Source: Phycisphaerae bacterium
GTDB taxonomy: Bacteria; Planctomycetota; Phycisphaerae; UBA1845; Fen-1342
NCBI GenBank assembly: GCA_050115495.1
Contig: JASFQK010000017.1
Location: forward strand, 32,001-96,000
Length of the DNA: 64,000 nt
Direction: 5' to 3'
Of the stretch, positions 62,601-64,000 are shown piece after piece. The notes beneath the pieces are model-generated. The model worked only from the letters and a program-made list of their open reading frames with translations, ran no database searches and was not told the origin of the DNA. A program made the position numbers and the translations under genes. Positions within the stretch are counted from its first letter, which is position 1; the number at the start of each line of letters is the position of its first letter.

Positions 62601-62765
62601 GCGGTCACGGCACAGCCGAACAGGGGCGCCACGGCGACCGACGTGTATGACGTCCGCTTGACCACGATGGTCGTGACACCGTGTTTCGTGCCGGTGCTGG
62701 CCGTGCTGTTACCGTTGTGGTGGCTGGCCTGGCGGGGCGTGCGCCGCTCCGACCGCCGCCGATAG
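59625..62765 (+). CDS. surface adhesin-like protein: Gly-rich head, Ig-like repeats, DUF11-like domain, C-terminal Cys/TM/Arg anchor
   Basis: VTNTNDSGGGSLRQAI, Gly-rich region, VTFSEAVTG, four ~97-aa repeats, tail TPCFVPVLAVLLPLWWLAWRGVRRSDRRR. Confidence 0.8.
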   Translation: MARAPRTLSFPSGRLAWLALVSCLATCPHSVAATYTVTNTNDSGGGSLRQAIIDANANGGPDAIAFDAAVTGTITLASALPAITDDLTVTGPGVSFLTVSGGGACRILSITAGTVAVSDLTLAHGLHQGQAGSPRADNSAGGGGGGAGGLAGALYITGGTVSLTNVAFDNNTATGGTGGASGYPSANFGDGGAGGGPAGGAGGSHSGGTGLPGGDGGDVSGGGGGGADYGVGGDGGAGGYASGGGGGGGRTLGGTGGTGGAGANFGGSAADGRYSGGGGGGGGAGLGGAICIRAGTLDLYNTTLTTNTATGGNGGNGAGSLDGAAGRGKGGALFVDGAATARAWNLTLGSGGTANSASDAGSTNTDNDDWYGTLDFYPGVVSIVRADANPTAATTLHFTVTFSEAVTGVDSSDFAVQTTGDLGTPTEVVVSADSGTTRTVTVTVNNGTGTVQLNLVDDDSIVDSSSLPLATVGTGNGNSTGETYMVDSVGPTVTLASTAPAQVNNAFAVTITLDEQSSDFTVDDLTLTNATAQNFAGGGSSYTVTIVPTAAGQVVVEVPADVLHDAFSNPNSAATPLTRAFVEDYTGPTVTLASAAAARVNNAFTVTITLDESSSDFTVDDLTLTNATAQNFTGSGANYSVTIVPAAAGQVVIEVPASVMQDTFGNLNPAATPLTREFVEDYTGPTVTLVSAAPAQVNDAFAVTITLNEQSSDFTVGDLTLANATAQSFTGSGTSYSVTIAPTSAGQVVVEVVAGALHDAFGNPNSAATPLTREFVEDHTGPTVTLASAAAVQVNSAFTVTITLDEQSSDFTVDDLTLTNATAQDFAGGGSSYSVIIVPAAVGQVVIAVGAGVMHDAFGNPNPAAVPLKRDYTIHTPTESLTITIEPETTDVAVGDELRYALTVQNVGDGDADDVTVLFALPADVEFVSAAHLSEISAPTAPIVAYTSEEGTLTIPVGEIAAGTTVRMRLTLRPLVAGEITFTADAYVGDEPAVTAQPNRGATATDVYDVRLTTMVVTPCFVPVLAVLLPLWWLAWRGVRRSDRRR
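61092..62255 (+). repeat. four tandem 291-nt coding repeats (Ig-like domains)
   Basis: GPTVTL units start at 61092, 61383, 61674 and 61965. Confidence 0.85.
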
Positions 62766-62798
62766 GTGCAACAGAAAAGCGCACCCGGGAGGTACGCC

Positions 62799-62999
62799 AT
62801 GCGACGACGCCCGTTACTCATAACGTTCATGATCGCTTCGCTGCCCCTGCCGTTCCTGGGCGGGTGCTTCACTGATCCCGCTGCCTGGATTGGCATCGGT
62901 GCCAGTGTCTTCCTCGGACGTCTGACTGCCCCGACGGTCACAGTCCAGGAGTGCTACCGCAACGGCGAGTTGATCGACTGCACCGAACTGCCCGAGTAG
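62799..62999 (+). CDS. small lipoprotein with a Cys pair
   Basis: GGGAGG RBS; lipobox-like LGGC; CYRNGELIDC. Confidence 0.65.
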   Translation: MRRRPLLITFMIASLPLPFLGGCFTDPAAWIGIGASVFLGRLTAPTVTVQECYRNGELIDCTELPE

Positions 63000-63112
63000 C
63001 TACATGCGGAATAGTGGGACCGAACGATAGCAGTCTCCGCTAAACCGTTTCAAAATCAGCACTTAACCGGATTGCGCCCGGTGTCGCCGAGACGCATTGG
63101 CGAGCCGGCCGC

Positions 63113-63142
63113 TCAAGCCGCGCGCCGTTTCTGTCCGATATT
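63113..63142 (+). promoter_or_regulatory. conserved upstream element (sigma28-like) of adhesin 2
   Basis: TCAAG-N16-TCCGATATT; an extra GCCGATAA at 63149-63156. Confidence 0.5.
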
Positions 63143-63246
63143 ACCGCCGCCGATAATCCGGCCACGCATCGCGAGCCGGGAGCGGTCACGGACACTTCGC
63201 GGCCTTCGCCACAAACGGTAGTGCCACAAGTGGAGATAGAGGGACC

Positions 63247-64000
63247 ATGATGTCAGCCACATGCGCTCGTCCGCATCGCAGCAGCCGCACTCTCTGGGCT
63301 GCAATCTTAAACCTCGTCTGGGTCTGTGCTTACAGCACAGCCGCCACGTACACTGTGACGAACACGAATGACGCCGGCGCGGGCTCCCTCCGCCAGGCGA
63401 TCACTGACGCCAATGCCAATAGCGGCGCCGACACGATCGGCTTCAACCTCGGCGCCGGAACCCACACGATCACCCTCGCCTCCAGCCTGCCGGCGATCAC
63501 CGGCGACCTAACCATCGTTGGCCCGGGAGCCTCCTCTCTCACCGTCAGCGGCGATGGTACGTTTCGGATCCTCTCCATCACCGCCGGCACCGTCGACATC
63601 AACGCCGTGACCTTCGCCCACGGCCTCCACGCCGGCGGCGCCGGCAATCCGCGGGCGAACAACGCCGCGGGAGGCGGTGGCGGCGGGGCCGTTGGCCTCG
63701 GCGGCGCCCTGTACATCAGCGGCGGTGACGTGACCATCACCGACGCCGTCTTTGACGACAACAACGTCACCGGCGGTGCCGGCGGCGACACCGGATACCC
63801 CTCCAGCTTCACCGGCGACGGCGGCGCGGGCGGCGGACCGGCCGGCGGCGCAGGCGGCTCATTCTCCGGTGCCAACGGCACGGCCGGTGGCAACGGCGGG
63901 GACATCAGCGGCGGCGGCGGCGGCGGAGCCGCGAACAACTCCGGTGGTGCTGGCGGCGACGCCGGCTATGGCAGCGGCGGCGGCGGCGGCGGCGGACGAA
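63247..64000 (+). CDS. paralog of the 59625 adhesin (runs off the window)
   Basis: Open frame MMSATC...AATYTVTNTNDAGAGSLRQAITDANAN..., collinear with 59625; absent from the ORF track because it has no stop. Confidence 0.85.
   Translation, partial: MMSATCARPHRSSRTLWAAILNLVWVCAYSTAATYTVTNTNDAGAGSLRQAITDANANSGADTIGFNLGAGTHTITLASSLPAITGDLTIVGPGASSLTVSGDGTFRILSITAGTVDINAVTFAHGLHAGGAGNPRANNAAGGGGGGAVGLGGALYISGGDVTITDAVFDDNNVTGGAGGDTGYPSSFTGDGGAGGGPAGGAGGSFSGANGTAGGNGGDISGGGGGGAANNSGGAGGDAGYGSGGGGGGGR

Overview
High-GC bacterial chromosome segment, most likely Planctomycetota (Phycisphaerae-like). That placement is inferred from dockerin-like C-terminal domains, an ECF sigma/Ser-Thr kinase pair, a tandem Kdo-type kinase and GTAG-type REPs. 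I found no rRNA, tRNA, CRISPR array, transposase, integrase or phage genes. Housekeeping and envelope genes fill the left half: a GHMP-kinase/GalU fusion, thiC, queE, queD, recO, a dipeptide epimerase, a FIST protein, rnpA, glycosyltransferases, comEC, an RNase HII-like gene, mlaE with a partner-switch module, and pepP. The right half holds secreted hydrolases, ECF/kinase signalling, two unknown lipoproteins, two divergent c-heme chemoreceptors and two paralogous adhesin-like proteins. Best leads: (1) a TPP riboswitch with an extra 38-nt structured insert in P5, whose own 3' strand looks like the RBS of a 12-codon leader ORF coupled to a double-DinB gene and thiC; (2) a self-contained ~65-nt minus-strand sRNA candidate (extended -10, hairpin with C-rich loop, U6) upstream of queE; (3) a BshC-like ligase coupled to a GT2 instead of BshA; (4) an RsbW-like kinase/phospho-STAS/MlaE operon; (5) an alpha-2-macroglobulin-like protein lacking the thioester domain; (6) a NarX/PilJ sensor with a nested c-heme domain, under mirror-image sigma28-like promoters. 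All family calls come from motif recognition by eye; no database search was run.
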